A stretch of DNA of 64,000 nt from an uncultured Actinomycetes bacterium (lineage in GTDB: Bacteria; Actinomycetota; Thermoleophilia; UBA2241), in NCBI GenBank assembly GCA_963725665.1, contig CAVRZA010000004.1:384001-448000 (forward strand). The letters run 5' to 3'. Below the pieces are notes generated by a model. It had not been told where the DNA came from. It saw only the letters and a program-made list of their open reading frames with translations, and ran no database searches. Each line of letters starts with the position of its first letter. Within the stretch, counting starts at the first letter, position 1. Both the position numbers and the translations under genes were made by a program. Of the stretch, positions 14,755 through 23,903 are shown piece by piece.

Positions 14755-15423
14755 GTGGACGCAGGGGAGCAGGCGGTCGTCGTCGAGCGCCGCGAGGGAC
14801 GCAGCGGCGAGCTCGTCCTGCGGCGGCGCGAGAAGCAGTGGGAGGTCGTCCTCGACGGGACCTTCCTCATCGCCAGCGTGAACGAGGTGTCGAGCCGGGC
14901 TCTCATCCGGGCTGCGCTGCCCTTCCTGCCGGATCGCCCCCTGGATGTCCTAATCGGCGGTCTCGGTATGGGTTATGCGCTGGACGAGGCGCTGAAGCTG
15001 AAGGCGCCGGCGCGCGTCACGGTGGCCGAGTTCGAACCCGTGATCGTCGAGTGGTTCGGCGGGTACTTCGGCGAGCGCGCGTCGCTGGCGCTCCGCGACG
15101 CGCGCTCGCAGATCGTCATCGCCGACGTGGCCGACGTATTGAACGACTCCCCGACGGCCTTCGATCTCATCGCCCTCGACACCGACAACGGTCCGTCGTG
15201 GCTGGTGCGCGGCGAGAACGCCGACCTGTACGATGTCGCCGGGCTCGAGACGGTGCGCCGCGCTTTGCGGCCGGGTGGTGCGGTGGTGTTTTGGTCCCCC
15301 GAACCGTACGCTTGGTTCGAGCGACGCCTGCTCCGTGTGTTCACGTCGGTCGCCACAAGCGAAGCGCACGACCAGGTGCAGGGCAGGAGACTGGCGTACA
15401 CGATGTACGTGTGCTGCTCGTAG
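14755..15423 (+). CDS. Spermidine-synthase-like SAM-binding protein
   Basis: VLIGGLGMGY, FDLIALDTDNGP and LRPGG motifs. Confidence 0.8.
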   Translation: MDAGEQAVVVERREGRSGELVLRRREKQWEVVLDGTFLIASVNEVSSRALIRAALPFLPDRPLDVLIGGLGMGYALDEALKLKAPARVTVAEFEPVIVEWFGGYFGERASLALRDARSQIVIADVADVLNDSPTAFDLIALDTDNGPSWLVRGENADLYDVAGLETVRRALRPGGAVVFWSPEPYAWFERRLLRVFTSVATSEAHDQVQGRRLAYTMYVCCS

Positions 15424-15554
15424 GCATGTGCGCCCCGACCGTCCACGCGCCGATTCCCGTGCCCCGCCGCGGCGCCGTTTCGACGAGGGGTCGACGCGGA
15501 AAGAACACGGCCGAGGCAGCCGCTGGCGCAAGACCAGGTCACGGAGGGGGAAGC

Positions 15555-15752
15555 ATGGCGCTTACCTGGGACGATCCCGAGGACATCGCGTTCGAGCTTC
15601 TGCAGACGCATCCCGACACCGATCCCCTCGATCTCAACTTCGTCGACTTGCACGCGATGGTCGTCGACCTGCCGGGATTCGGGGACGATCCCGACGAGGC
15701 CAGCGAGACCAAGCTCGAAGCGATCGTCTTGGCCTGGAATGACCAGTTCTGA
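15555..15752 (+). CDS. iscX: Fe-S cluster assembly protein IscX
   Basis: MALTWDDPEDIAFELLQTHPDTDPLDLNFVDLH...LPGFGDDP...KLEAIVLAW matches the IscX/YfhJ pattern; GGAGGGGG SD upstream. Confidence 0.9.
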   Translation: MALTWDDPEDIAFELLQTHPDTDPLDLNFVDLHAMVVDLPGFGDDPDEASETKLEAIVLAWNDQF

Positions 15753-16365
15753 ATCGGTGCTTGGTCTATTCCCGTTGGGCCTCGTCCTGGTGCCCGGCGA
15801 GCTCCTGCCTCTGCACATCTTCGAGGAGCGCTACAAACGCCTCATCGGGGAGTGCCGGGAGACCGGGGACGTCTTCGGCATCGTGCTGCGGCACGAGGAC
15901 AGCGTGGCCGAGTATGGCTGCACCGCCGAGGTGACGAGTGTCCTGGAGGAGTTCGACGACGGTCGGCTCAACATCGTCGTCCAAGGTCGGGAGCGCTTCC
16001 GCCTCCACGAGCTGTTCGAACCCGACGACGAGAACGACTTCCTGCGCGCGCGGGTGACCGTCTTCGAGGACGACGAGCCGGCGGCTCCTGCGAGGGTCCT
16101 GCGCAAGGCCGAGTCGTTGTACAGGCGCCTGCTGGAGCTCGCCGACGTCGAGGTCGCGGCCGGAGCCGGCGAAGGCGCGGAGGCCTCGTTCAGGATGGCC
16201 GGCACCGTCGATTTCGGGCTCATGGTGAAGCAGCAGCTCCTGGAGTCGCGCTCCGAGGCCGAGCGCCTGCAGCAGCTCGTCGGGCTGATGAGCTCCCTCA
16301 TACCGCGGCTCGAGCTGCGCAAGTCGCGCGAAGAAGCCATCCGCGGCAACGGCAAGGGGTATTAG
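15739..16365 (+). CDS. Standalone LON substrate-binding-domain protein
   Basis: LFPLGLVLVPGELLPLHIFEERY, DDGRLNIVVQGRERF and KQQLLE motifs. Confidence 0.88.
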   Translation: MTSSESVLGLFPLGLVLVPGELLPLHIFEERYKRLIGECRETGDVFGIVLRHEDSVAEYGCTAEVTSVLEEFDDGRLNIVVQGRERFRLHELFEPDDENDFLRARVTVFEDDEPAAPARVLRKAESLYRRLLELADVEVAAGAGEGAEASFRMAGTVDFGLMVKQQLLESRSEAERLQQLVGLMSSLIPRLELRKSREEAIRGNGKGY

Positions 16366-17336
16366 GGCACAAGCACGATCTTGCCGACGTGGTGCTCGGC
16401 GAGCAACTCGTGAGCGGTGCGTGCCTCGGAGAGTCGCAGGGTCTTCCATATCACCGGTTTGATGAGGCCTTGCTCGGCCAGGCGGGCGATCTCGCGCATC
16501 ATCTCGGCGACGCCAGCGCGGCCGGCGTTGGCCGTGCTCATGAACAGCACCGCAGCGTCCTTGCCGATGGCCGCGCCGATGGGCACGGCGACGTCGGCTC
16601 GCGGACCCTGCCCGGTGCAGACGATGCGTCCTCGCCTGGCGATCATGCCGATGTCGGCCGGCAGGTTCTCGCTCACCACCAGTTCGTGGATGAGATCGAC
16701 GCCGCGGCCGTCGGTGAGGCGGGCGACCTCGGCGCCGACGTCGCTCGTCTTGTAGACGATGACCTCGTCGGCGCCGAGGTCGCGCACCCGCCGCGCCGCT
16801 TCCTCGCTGCCCACGGTCGCCAGCACACGCGCCCCCAGGGCCTTGGCAAGCTGCACCGACGCCGTGCCGACTCCGCCTGAGGCGCCCTGGACGAGCACCG
16901 TCTCGCCCGGTCGCAGATCGCCCTTGCGTACCAGGGCGTAGTAGGCGGTGGGAAAGACGAGGCCCATCGCCGCCGCTTCGGCGAAGGAGAGGTTCTCGGG
17001 CTTGGCCACGCACTGCTCTGCCGCCACCAGGGCGTACTCGGCGTAGCTTCCCTCGCTGCCGATGCCGAGGCCCTGGAAGAAGATCTCATCGCCGGTCTTC
17101 ACGCCGCCGACTTCGGGGCCGACGGCCTCCACGACCCCGGCGCCGTCGCTACCTATGGTCTTGGGCGGCTTCTTGGGCGTGGGAAAGGCACCGGCGCGCA
17201 CGGCGGCGTCGACCTGGTTCGCGCTGGCCGCCTCGATGCGCACGAGCACCTGTCCCGGACCGGGAGACGGCGTGGGGACGTCCTCGTAGACGAGTACCTC
17301 CGGCCCCCCCGTCTCGTGGATGCGTACAGCCTTCAC
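16362..17336 (-). CDS. NADPH:quinone reductase (zeta-crystallin-like MDR family)
   Basis: KAVRIHETGGPEVL, GSYAEY, VLVQGASGGVG, GKIVL; GTG start after GGGAGGG. Confidence 0.9.
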   Translation of the reverse strand: MKAVRIHETGGPEVLVYEDVPTPSPGPGQVLVRIEAASANQVDAAVRAGAFPTPKKPPKTIGSDGAGVVEAVGPEVGGVKTGDEIFFQGLGIGSEGSYAEYALVAAEQCVAKPENLSFAEAAAMGLVFPTAYYALVRKGDLRPGETVLVQGASGGVGTASVQLAKALGARVLATVGSEEAARRVRDLGADEVIVYKTSDVGAEVARLTDGRGVDLIHELVVSENLPADIGMIARRGRIVCTGQGPRADVAVPIGAAIGKDAAVLFMSTANAGRAGVAEMMREIARLAEQGLIKPVIWKTLRLSEARTAHELLAEHHVGKIVLVP

Positions 17337-17533
17337 CGTCCCTCCCATCCTCGTGGTGTGTGCGGCCGTCGCGCCCGTCTTGGCGCGGCACTGGTGTCTT
17401 ATGCCCGCTGTCTCGGGGCGGCAGTCGGACACGCTGCAGCGCTGGCTCGGCGGCGCGATCCGGGGGAGAGGGCAGCACGCTGGCGATGGCAAGTCCTTCG
17501 CGTGGGCGACGGGTGGGACTCTGGGAATGAGCA

Positions 17534-17567
17534 ACGGGCGGCGGCACCCTCGGGTGCCGCCGCCCGT
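17534..17567 (-). terminator. GC-rich hairpin after the DUF4349 gene
   Basis: Perfect 16-bp inverted repeat ACGGGCGGCGGCACCC-TC-GGGTGCCGCCGCCCGT. Confidence 0.6.
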
Positions 17568-17601
17568 CGCCAAGAGTCCCGGCGAGGGAGCGAGCCGGCC
17601 G

Positions 17602-18600
17602 TCAGGGGCGGACCTCGATGCTTTGCGAGCCGCGATGGGGCGGCAGGAGGCCCAGTCGCCTGGCCGCCATCCAGCCCAGCCAGCCGAGCACGGCGATCAG
17701 CGCCAGGAACGGTATGGCCGCTCCGAGGGCGACAAACAGGGCGCGAGCGGCGCTTCCCAGCAGCGTGACGGAATGCACGAAGGCGGCGAGGAACGTCTGG
17801 TGCTTCGTCGCCGGCGCCACGGTCTTGCCCGGCTTCTCCGTGATGCTGACCGAGAGCGTGCCGTAGGTGATCTGCTCGCCCATCGCCTTGACCTGCCCCG
17901 CGAGCCTCTCGACCGTCAGCTGCGTATTGTCGATGCGCTGCTGGATGGCGAGCGCCTGATTGATGCTCGTGGCGTTGGCGAGGAAGGTGAGCAGGCGTCG
18001 CTCGACGGCGCGGTAGTGCGTCAGGCGGGCCTTGAGGTCGACGTATTGGCCGGTTACGTCCTCGGCTCCCGTCTGGAGCGCCTTGACCTCGCCCAACTGC
18101 CCGATGCGGCGGATCGCCTCTTGGAAGTTCTCCGCCGGGACGCGCACGACGATGTTCGCCGACGGCTTCTGCCCGTCGACGCCGCTCATGACGTAACTCT
18201 GCAGCACGTAGCCGCGCAGCGCGCCGGTGAGGACCGTGATCTTGCCTGCCGCACTGGGCACCTGGCCCTTGGCGACGTAGAGCGTCATCTCGCCCGTCTG
18301 CACGAGGAAACGCGCCGGGTCGAGGGGCGCGAGAGCGGCGTTCAGGTCGGTTGGCGCTGCGCTCGACGCGCTCGTGTCGCTACCCGGGGCGCGGACCTGG
18401 ACGTCGCTGCCCGTGACGGCGCCCGTCTCCTCCGGCAGGAGCTTGGCCGGCGCCGAGGAACCGCCGCCGTAGGTCGCGTCTCGCGCGGCTCCGTTGTGGA
18501 CTGCGATGACGGCGGCGACCGCCAGGACGAGGGCCACGACAAGCGCGGCGACGATGACGCCGCGGCGCTTGAACCACCGTCTCTTCGGGGACTCGTTCAT
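17602..18600 (-). CDS. DUF4349 membrane-anchored protein
   Basis: VRVPAENF, EDVTGQYVDLKARL, coiled coil, TYGTLSVSITE; N- and C-terminal TM segments. Confidence 0.85.
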   Translation of the reverse strand: MNESPKRRWFKRRGVIVAALVVALVLAVAAVIAVHNGAARDATYGGGSSAPAKLLPEETGAVTGSDVQVRAPGSDTSASSAAPTDLNAALAPLDPARFLVQTGEMTLYVAKGQVPSAAGKITVLTGALRGYVLQSYVMSGVDGQKPSANIVVRVPAENFQEAIRRIGQLGEVKALQTGAEDVTGQYVDLKARLTHYRAVERRLLTFLANATSINQALAIQQRIDNTQLTVERLAGQVKAMGEQITYGTLSVSITEKPGKTVAPATKHQTFLAAFVHSVTLLGSAARALFVALGAAIPFLALIAVLGWLGWMAARRLGLLPPHRGSQSIEVRP

Positions 18601-18712
18601 GCTCGCTCCCTTCGCTTCGGGGTATCTCCTGTCTGCCGGGGAGACGTCCCGACTCTGCCGATGGTTCGCGCGGCAGCTAAAGCGCTGCGTCGGCGAGGGC
18701 GATACAGACTGC

Positions 18713-19540
18713 ATGCTCCCCGTGGTCAGTCACGAGGTGAAGACGGGGCGGTGGCCGCACGTCACCGTCTGCCTCATCGGGCTCAACCTCACCGTGTTCG
18801 CGTTCGAGGCCACCATCGGCGTGCGCTTCGTCCCGTTCCTGCAGGAGTGGGGCCTCGTGCCGGCGCGCGTCAACGCCGAGATCACCTCACACAACCTCGT
18901 CACGTTGGGCACCTCCATGTTCCTGCACGTGAGCGTCATCCACCTGCTGACGAACATGTGGTTCCTGTACGTGTTCGGTGATTCCGTTGAAGACGCTCTG
19001 GGCCCGCGCTGGTACCTCCTCCTGTACCTGACGAGTGGCTTCTTCGGCAGCGTCGCCTACCTCGCAACGAGCTCGGGCTCCGCCACGCCGGTGGTAGGGG
19101 CGAGCGGCGCCATCTCGGGCGTCATGGCCGCCAGCCTGGTGATGTGGCCGACGGCGCGTCTCAAGATCCCCGGCATCTTCCTGCTCGTGTACACCCTGCT
19201 TCTGCTCTACCAGGTGCTCGTGCTGCTCGGCCTGCCGCCGCTGTTGCTCGGCGGACCGCTGCTCTTCGTGCTCGGCAGCGTCGTGACGATGCTTATGACG
19301 CGCGAGGTCGGCGGCTTCGTTTCGGCCATGGTGCGCGGTGTGGAGTTGCCGGCGTACTTCGTGCTGGGTCTCTTCTTCGGCATGCAGCTCTGGTCGGGCG
19401 CTCTGGTGCTCGTCAACCCGGAGTACGGCGGGAGCGTCGGCTGGTTCGCCCACATCGGCGGCTTCGCCACTGGGGCGCTGTTCGCCTATCTGTTCCCCAA
19501 GCACCCGATCGAGCTCCGCCGACGGGCGCTCTTGGAGTGA
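18713..19540 (+). CDS. Rhomboid intramembrane serine protease
   Basis: TSMFLH...HLLTNMWFL, GASGAISG (Ser) and AHIGGF (His). Confidence 0.93.
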   Translation: MLPVVSHEVKTGRWPHVTVCLIGLNLTVFAFEATIGVRFVPFLQEWGLVPARVNAEITSHNLVTLGTSMFLHVSVIHLLTNMWFLYVFGDSVEDALGPRWYLLLYLTSGFFGSVAYLATSSGSATPVVGASGAISGVMAASLVMWPTARLKIPGIFLLVYTLLLLYQVLVLLGLPPLLLGGPLLFVLGSVVTMLMTREVGGFVSAMVRGVELPAYFVLGLFFGMQLWSGALVLVNPEYGGSVGWFAHIGGFATGALFAYLFPKHPIELRRRALLE

Positions 19541-20353
19541 GCGCCGTGGATCGACTTCTCGCTTGTCATGCGTGCGCCGGCCGCTTCACCTTCGCTGAGT
19601 GGTCGAGGACCGCCTGCTGCCCGCACTGCGGCGCGCGCGTGAACTTCGTCGCCGCTACGGCTGGGCCGAGCGCGGCTGCCGCAGGCGCGTTGGAGGGACC
19701 GGACACGAGGCGGTGCTAGCGAGATGGCCGCAGAAGTGTCCGGTGTGCCACCTGCAGCGCCGGCTCCGGTGCCGGCCCCGACCTCGCTGCTCTCTGGCGA
19801 GCGGCTCTTCGCCTTCGGCAAGCCGCTCGCCCTCACCAGGGCCTGGATCGTCGTGTTCGCCATCTGGGTGGTCGTCGGCGGTCTGCTCGCCGTCGCCCGC
19901 GTCGAGATGGGCCATCTGCCGGTCCTGACGCCGCGCGAGCGGGCGGCGATCGGCTCCGTCGAGAAGGCGCGCATGGCCGACGGCACAAGCTACGGCCAGG
20001 CGCTGCATCTGGTGCGCAAGGCGCTCGACCCGCTGGGCGGCCTGACTGGCCAGGGCCCTCTCGGCGGCCTCACCGTCAAGCAGGCCGCGCCGCGCTGGTA
20101 TGTGATCGACCGTCCCTGGGAGCACACGGTATACGTCGCCTGGGAGCAGGAGGACGTGCTGACCGGCCAGGCGCTGCGCTTGGTGTGGACCGTACAGGGA
20201 CGGTCAGTGAAGGCCGAAGCCGCCTCGTATGCCTATTTGCAGGAGGTCGTGAAAACCGCTGCCAGGAAGCAGGACGGCGCCGCCACGAGTCCGGCACTCT
20301 TGCCCGATCCCGACACGCTCGCCACGGCCGAGCCTTCGCCCGTCGCGCCGTAG
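19537..20353 (+). CDS. Zinc-ribbon ORF (19537-19719) plus single-TM protein (19724-20353); possibly one frameshifted gene
   Basis: CHAC...CPHCG knuckle overlaps the rhomboid stop (GTGA); the downstream ORF has one TM helix and its frame is open back to about 19643. Confidence 0.55.
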
Positions 20354-20849
20354 GCCGGCGTTCCGACCAAGCCGAGGCCGAGTGGGCTTGATGACCGTGG
20401 TCAGAGCCCGTCGGAAGATTAGAGCGACGGGCAGATGGAGACGCAGGATTCCGGCCTGGGCGACGGGAAGGCCAGCGGCGGGGCGGGACCAGAACCTGCC
20501 CCAAGGCCACCGGGGTTAGGCGAGCGGATGGGGCGTGGTCCTGGTCGCCCCGGATCTCGGACGCGGCAGCACGACTGGGTCATCGTCCCGATCGTCGCTC
20601 GCTCCGACACCCCTGGCCAATCGTTGTTGTGCACCAGCTGTAGGCCTCATCGCAGCGCACTTCTGCAGAACTGCCCCCGATCGAGTAGCCACTCGCGTGG
20701 CTCTCACCGATGCGCGGTCAGGATTTGTTCAGGTGACGCGCTTCAGACTAGACGTGAACAAGAAGGTGCTAGGGCGGGTGCCGGCGTCTGCGCTCTCCGC
20801 CCCGCGCTCTTCTTGAGGGTCATACGCGGCCGCAAGCAGCGAGGGTTTC

Positions 20850-21572
20850 GTGAGAGTTGTCCAGGCTCAGACCGGTGGCCAGGGGGGGAGAGAGGTAGAG
20901 GCGCACGAGTATCCAGCGCTGCGAAACTACCGCGGTGACCAAGCGGGGCGGTACGATTGGGGTCGCTTCACATCTCGGGCTGGCCGGGTGACTGACCTGC
21001 TCGAGTGGCTGCTGCTGTCGCGGGCCCTGAAGAGGCTCCGACGGGCTAGCCAATCCCCGATCCATACCACTCTGGACGTGCCCATCGGTACAGGCCGGAT
21101 GGCTGAGCGTCTGACGCGTACGGGGTTTCTCGTCACCGGTGCAGACACTTCTGAGGACATGCTGGACATCGCTCGCGCCAAGGGGTCAGCGTCACGCTAC
21201 GTTGTGGCGAGGATCGAGAGCCTGCCGTTCAAAGAGAATGAGTTTGATGTCGTCGTCAGCGTGCGCCTCTTTGGGCATCTGCCTGACGCCGCGAAGGCCG
21301 ACGCACTTCGCGAGATCCAGCGAGTCAGCCGTCGTGGAGCCGTCATCTTCTTCCCGGGCAAGACGATGTGGCTCGACATACGCCGTGCTTGGCAGCACCG
21401 CCGTGGGCGGCCTCTCACGAGCTGGTATCCATTGACGGAAGCGCAGATGCGAGAGCTTGCGGAGGTTGCTGGTTTGACCCTTGATGGTACGCTCCGTTTG
21501 CACGGCGGGTTGGCGGAGACACGCGCCGCGGTCCTTGTGAATCCTCCCCCACCTTTCCCGCCCCGCTCCTGA
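20850..21572 (+). CDS. Class I SAM-dependent methyltransferase
   Basis: LDVPIGTGR, GADTSEDML, LPFKENEFDVV; more A/T-ending codons than neighbouring genes. Confidence 0.85.
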   Translation: MRVVQAQTGGQGGREVEAHEYPALRNYRGDQAGRYDWGRFTSRAGRVTDLLEWLLLSRALKRLRRASQSPIHTTLDVPIGTGRMAERLTRTGFLVTGADTSEDMLDIARAKGSASRYVVARIESLPFKENEFDVVVSVRLFGHLPDAAKADALREIQRVSRRGAVIFFPGKTMWLDIRRAWQHRRGRPLTSWYPLTEAQMRELAEVAGLTLDGTLRLHGGLAETRAAVLVNPPPPFPPRS

Positions 21573-21796
21573 ACCGGTTCGTGGCTCGAGCGCTTCGGGG
21601 CCTCGGGCTCCGGCGCGCGCGGTCCGCGTTCGGGACGTCCGCAGCCGCGATGGGGCAAGAGTCCTGGAGCATCTCAGATACAGGCGAGCACCTCGGAGCG
21701 AGATCGCGGTGCGGCCGCCGCTCGCACGGCGCTCTCGGTCGTTCTCTGCGTGCGTGGCTTGAAGGACATGCGTTTGGCCTCCATACTCCGTGAGCA

Positions 21797-22468
21797 GTGA
21801 GCAGACCTTCCATCCTCATCCTGGAGGACGACAGCGACATGCGCTCGCTGCTCGTGCGCGGCCTGCGTGAGGAGGGGTACCGCGCCGAGAGCGTCGGTCT
21901 GGGCACGGAGCTGATCGACCGAGTGGCGAGGACCGGGCCTCCCGACCTCTTCATCATCGACATCGGTCTTCCGGACGCCGACGGGCGCGATGTCTGCCAG
22001 GCGCTGCGCGCCCAGGGCATCGTCGTGCCGGTGCTGTTCCTCACGGCTCGCGACGCCCTGCCGGACCGTCTGTCCGGCTTCAGCGCCGGCGGCGACGACT
22101 ATCTGACCAAGCCGTTCGCGTTTGCCGAGCTCGTCGTTCGGCTGGCTGCGCTCCTGCGTCGCGCCGGCGGCGAGCATAGCGTGCAAGTCGGCGAGCTGCG
22201 GCTGGACCCGGCGGCTCACGCGGCAGTGTGTGGTGGGGCCACGGTCCCGCTCACGCCGACCGAGTTCAGGCTGTTGGCGCGTCTCGCTGCGGCCCCGGGT
22301 GAAACGGTCCGCCGCCACGCGCTGGTGCAGACCGCCTGGCCCCATGGAGCGGTCGTCCACGACAACACACTCGACGCCTACATCGCGCGCCTGCGCCGCA
22401 AGCTGTCCGTTCTGCCCGGAGCTCCGGCGATAGGCACCGTGCACGGTGTCGGCTATTCGATACGGTGA
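21797..22468 (+). CDS. OmpR-family response regulator
   Basis: ILEDD, IIDIGLP, FLTA, DDYLTKPF, LTPTEF and HGVGY. Confidence 0.94.
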   Translation: MSRPSILILEDDSDMRSLLVRGLREEGYRAESVGLGTELIDRVARTGPPDLFIIDIGLPDADGRDVCQALRAQGIVVPVLFLTARDALPDRLSGFSAGGDDYLTKPFAFAELVVRLAALLRRAGGEHSVQVGELRLDPAAHAAVCGGATVPLTPTEFRLLARLAAAPGETVRRHALVQTAWPHGAVVHDNTLDAYIARLRRKLSVLPGAPAIGTVHGVGYSIR

Positions 22469-23820
22469 GCCTGCGCACCGCCCTCCGCCCGCGCAGCGTC
22501 AGATCTCGTCTGCTGCTGACCGTCGTCGTGTCGGTGGGCGGGGCCCTGGTGCTGATGACCGCAGGGTTCAACCTGCTGCTGTCGCGCGCCTTGTCGAACG
22601 ACGCCGACTCACTGGCGCGCTCGAGAGCCGAAGCCGGTTCGGCCGACGTTGTCAACGACCGCGCCGTGCTGTCGAGAGTCCCCGAGACGGGGGGCATGGA
22701 GAGCCAGTCATGGCTGTTCGTCGGAGACCGCACCTTCGAGAGTCCCCACGTGAGCGCGGCTCTCGACCGCGCGGCCCTCAGTGCTGCCGCATCACCCGGG
22801 GTGGTCGTCAACGTGCCTGCTGAGAGAGCTCGCCTCTACGCCGTGCCGGCCATCGTCGGCGGCAAGCAGGTGGCCGTTGTGGTGGCCGGCGTCTCGCTGG
22901 AGCCGTTTGAGGCCACGAGGCGCATCGCCTTGATCGGGTCACTCGCCTTGGCCGCGGTGCTGCTTGTGGTCGTCACCCTCGCGACCCGCTGGGTGCTCGC
23001 CGCTGCGCTGCGTCCTGTAGCCGAGATGACGGCCGCCGCCGATGCCTGGAGCACCGAAAACCTCGACCGTCGTTTCGCCCTCGGAGAGCCGACCGACGAG
23101 CTGAGCCAGCTCTCCGCCACCCTCGACAGGCTGCTCGACCGCCTCGCCAGCAGCCTGCGCCGCGAGCAGCGTTTCTCGGCCGAGCTCTCTCACGAGCTGC
23201 GCACGCCGCTGGCAAAGATTCGCGTCGAGGCCGAGCTCGCCCTGCGGCGCGAGCGCGAGCCGAGCGCCTACAAGGAGGCCTTGCGCACAGTCGAACGCAA
23301 CGTCGAGGTGTTGACCCGCACCGTCGACACGCTCGTGGCGGCCGCGCGTCAGGAGGCCGGGCTGGCGCGCGGCAGCGCCGACCCCGCGGCGGTGCTCGAT
23401 GCAGCGGCTGACGGGTGTGCCGAGCTCGCGAGGGAGCGTGGCGTGCGGGTCGCCGTCGCGTCTTACGCGCCGGGGATGCGCGTCGGCGTCGACAGCGACG
23501 TAGCAGCTCGCATCCTGCAGCCGCTGGTCGAGAACGCGTGCCGGTACGCCTCGACCGAGGTCGTTCTGACGGCGCACGCTGCGAACGGCCGGGTGCTGTT
23601 CACCGTCGACGACGACGGACCCGGGATCACTCCGGCAGAGCGTGAGAACATCTTCGAAGCGGGCGTAAGGGGCAGCGCCGCAGATGGCGCCGGCGCGCCG
23701 GTGGGAGCCGGCCTGGGGCTCGCTCTGGCGCGGCGTCTGGCTCGCACTGCTTCGGGCGACGTCTGGGCCGACGCGAGCACCGACGGAGGCCGCTTCGTTG
23801 CCCGACTTCCCGCCGGCTGA
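22465..23820 (+). CDS. HAMP-domain sensor histidine kinase
   Basis: Two TM helices, SHELRTPL, ENACRY, DDGPGI and GLGLAL; overlaps the regulator stop. Confidence 0.94.
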   Translation: MSLRTALRPRSVRSRLLLTVVVSVGGALVLMTAGFNLLLSRALSNDADSLARSRAEAGSADVVNDRAVLSRVPETGGMESQSWLFVGDRTFESPHVSAALDRAALSAAASPGVVVNVPAERARLYAVPAIVGGKQVAVVVAGVSLEPFEATRRIALIGSLALAAVLLVVVTLATRWVLAAALRPVAEMTAAADAWSTENLDRRFALGEPTDELSQLSATLDRLLDRLASSLRREQRFSAELSHELRTPLAKIRVEAELALRREREPSAYKEALRTVERNVEVLTRTVDTLVAAARQEAGLARGSADPAAVLDAAADGCAELARERGVRVAVASYAPGMRVGVDSDVAARILQPLVENACRYASTEVVLTAHAANGRVLFTVDDDGPGITPAERENIFEAGVRGSAADGAGAPVGAGLGLALARRLARTASGDVWADASTDGGRFVARLPAG

Positions 23821-23903
23821 TCGAGCGGCGGGCGAGGGGCAATCCTTTGCTGACCGTGGTGGCGGCGACGCGCGGGCAACCTTCGGCGCGCGCTTGACCA
23901 ACG

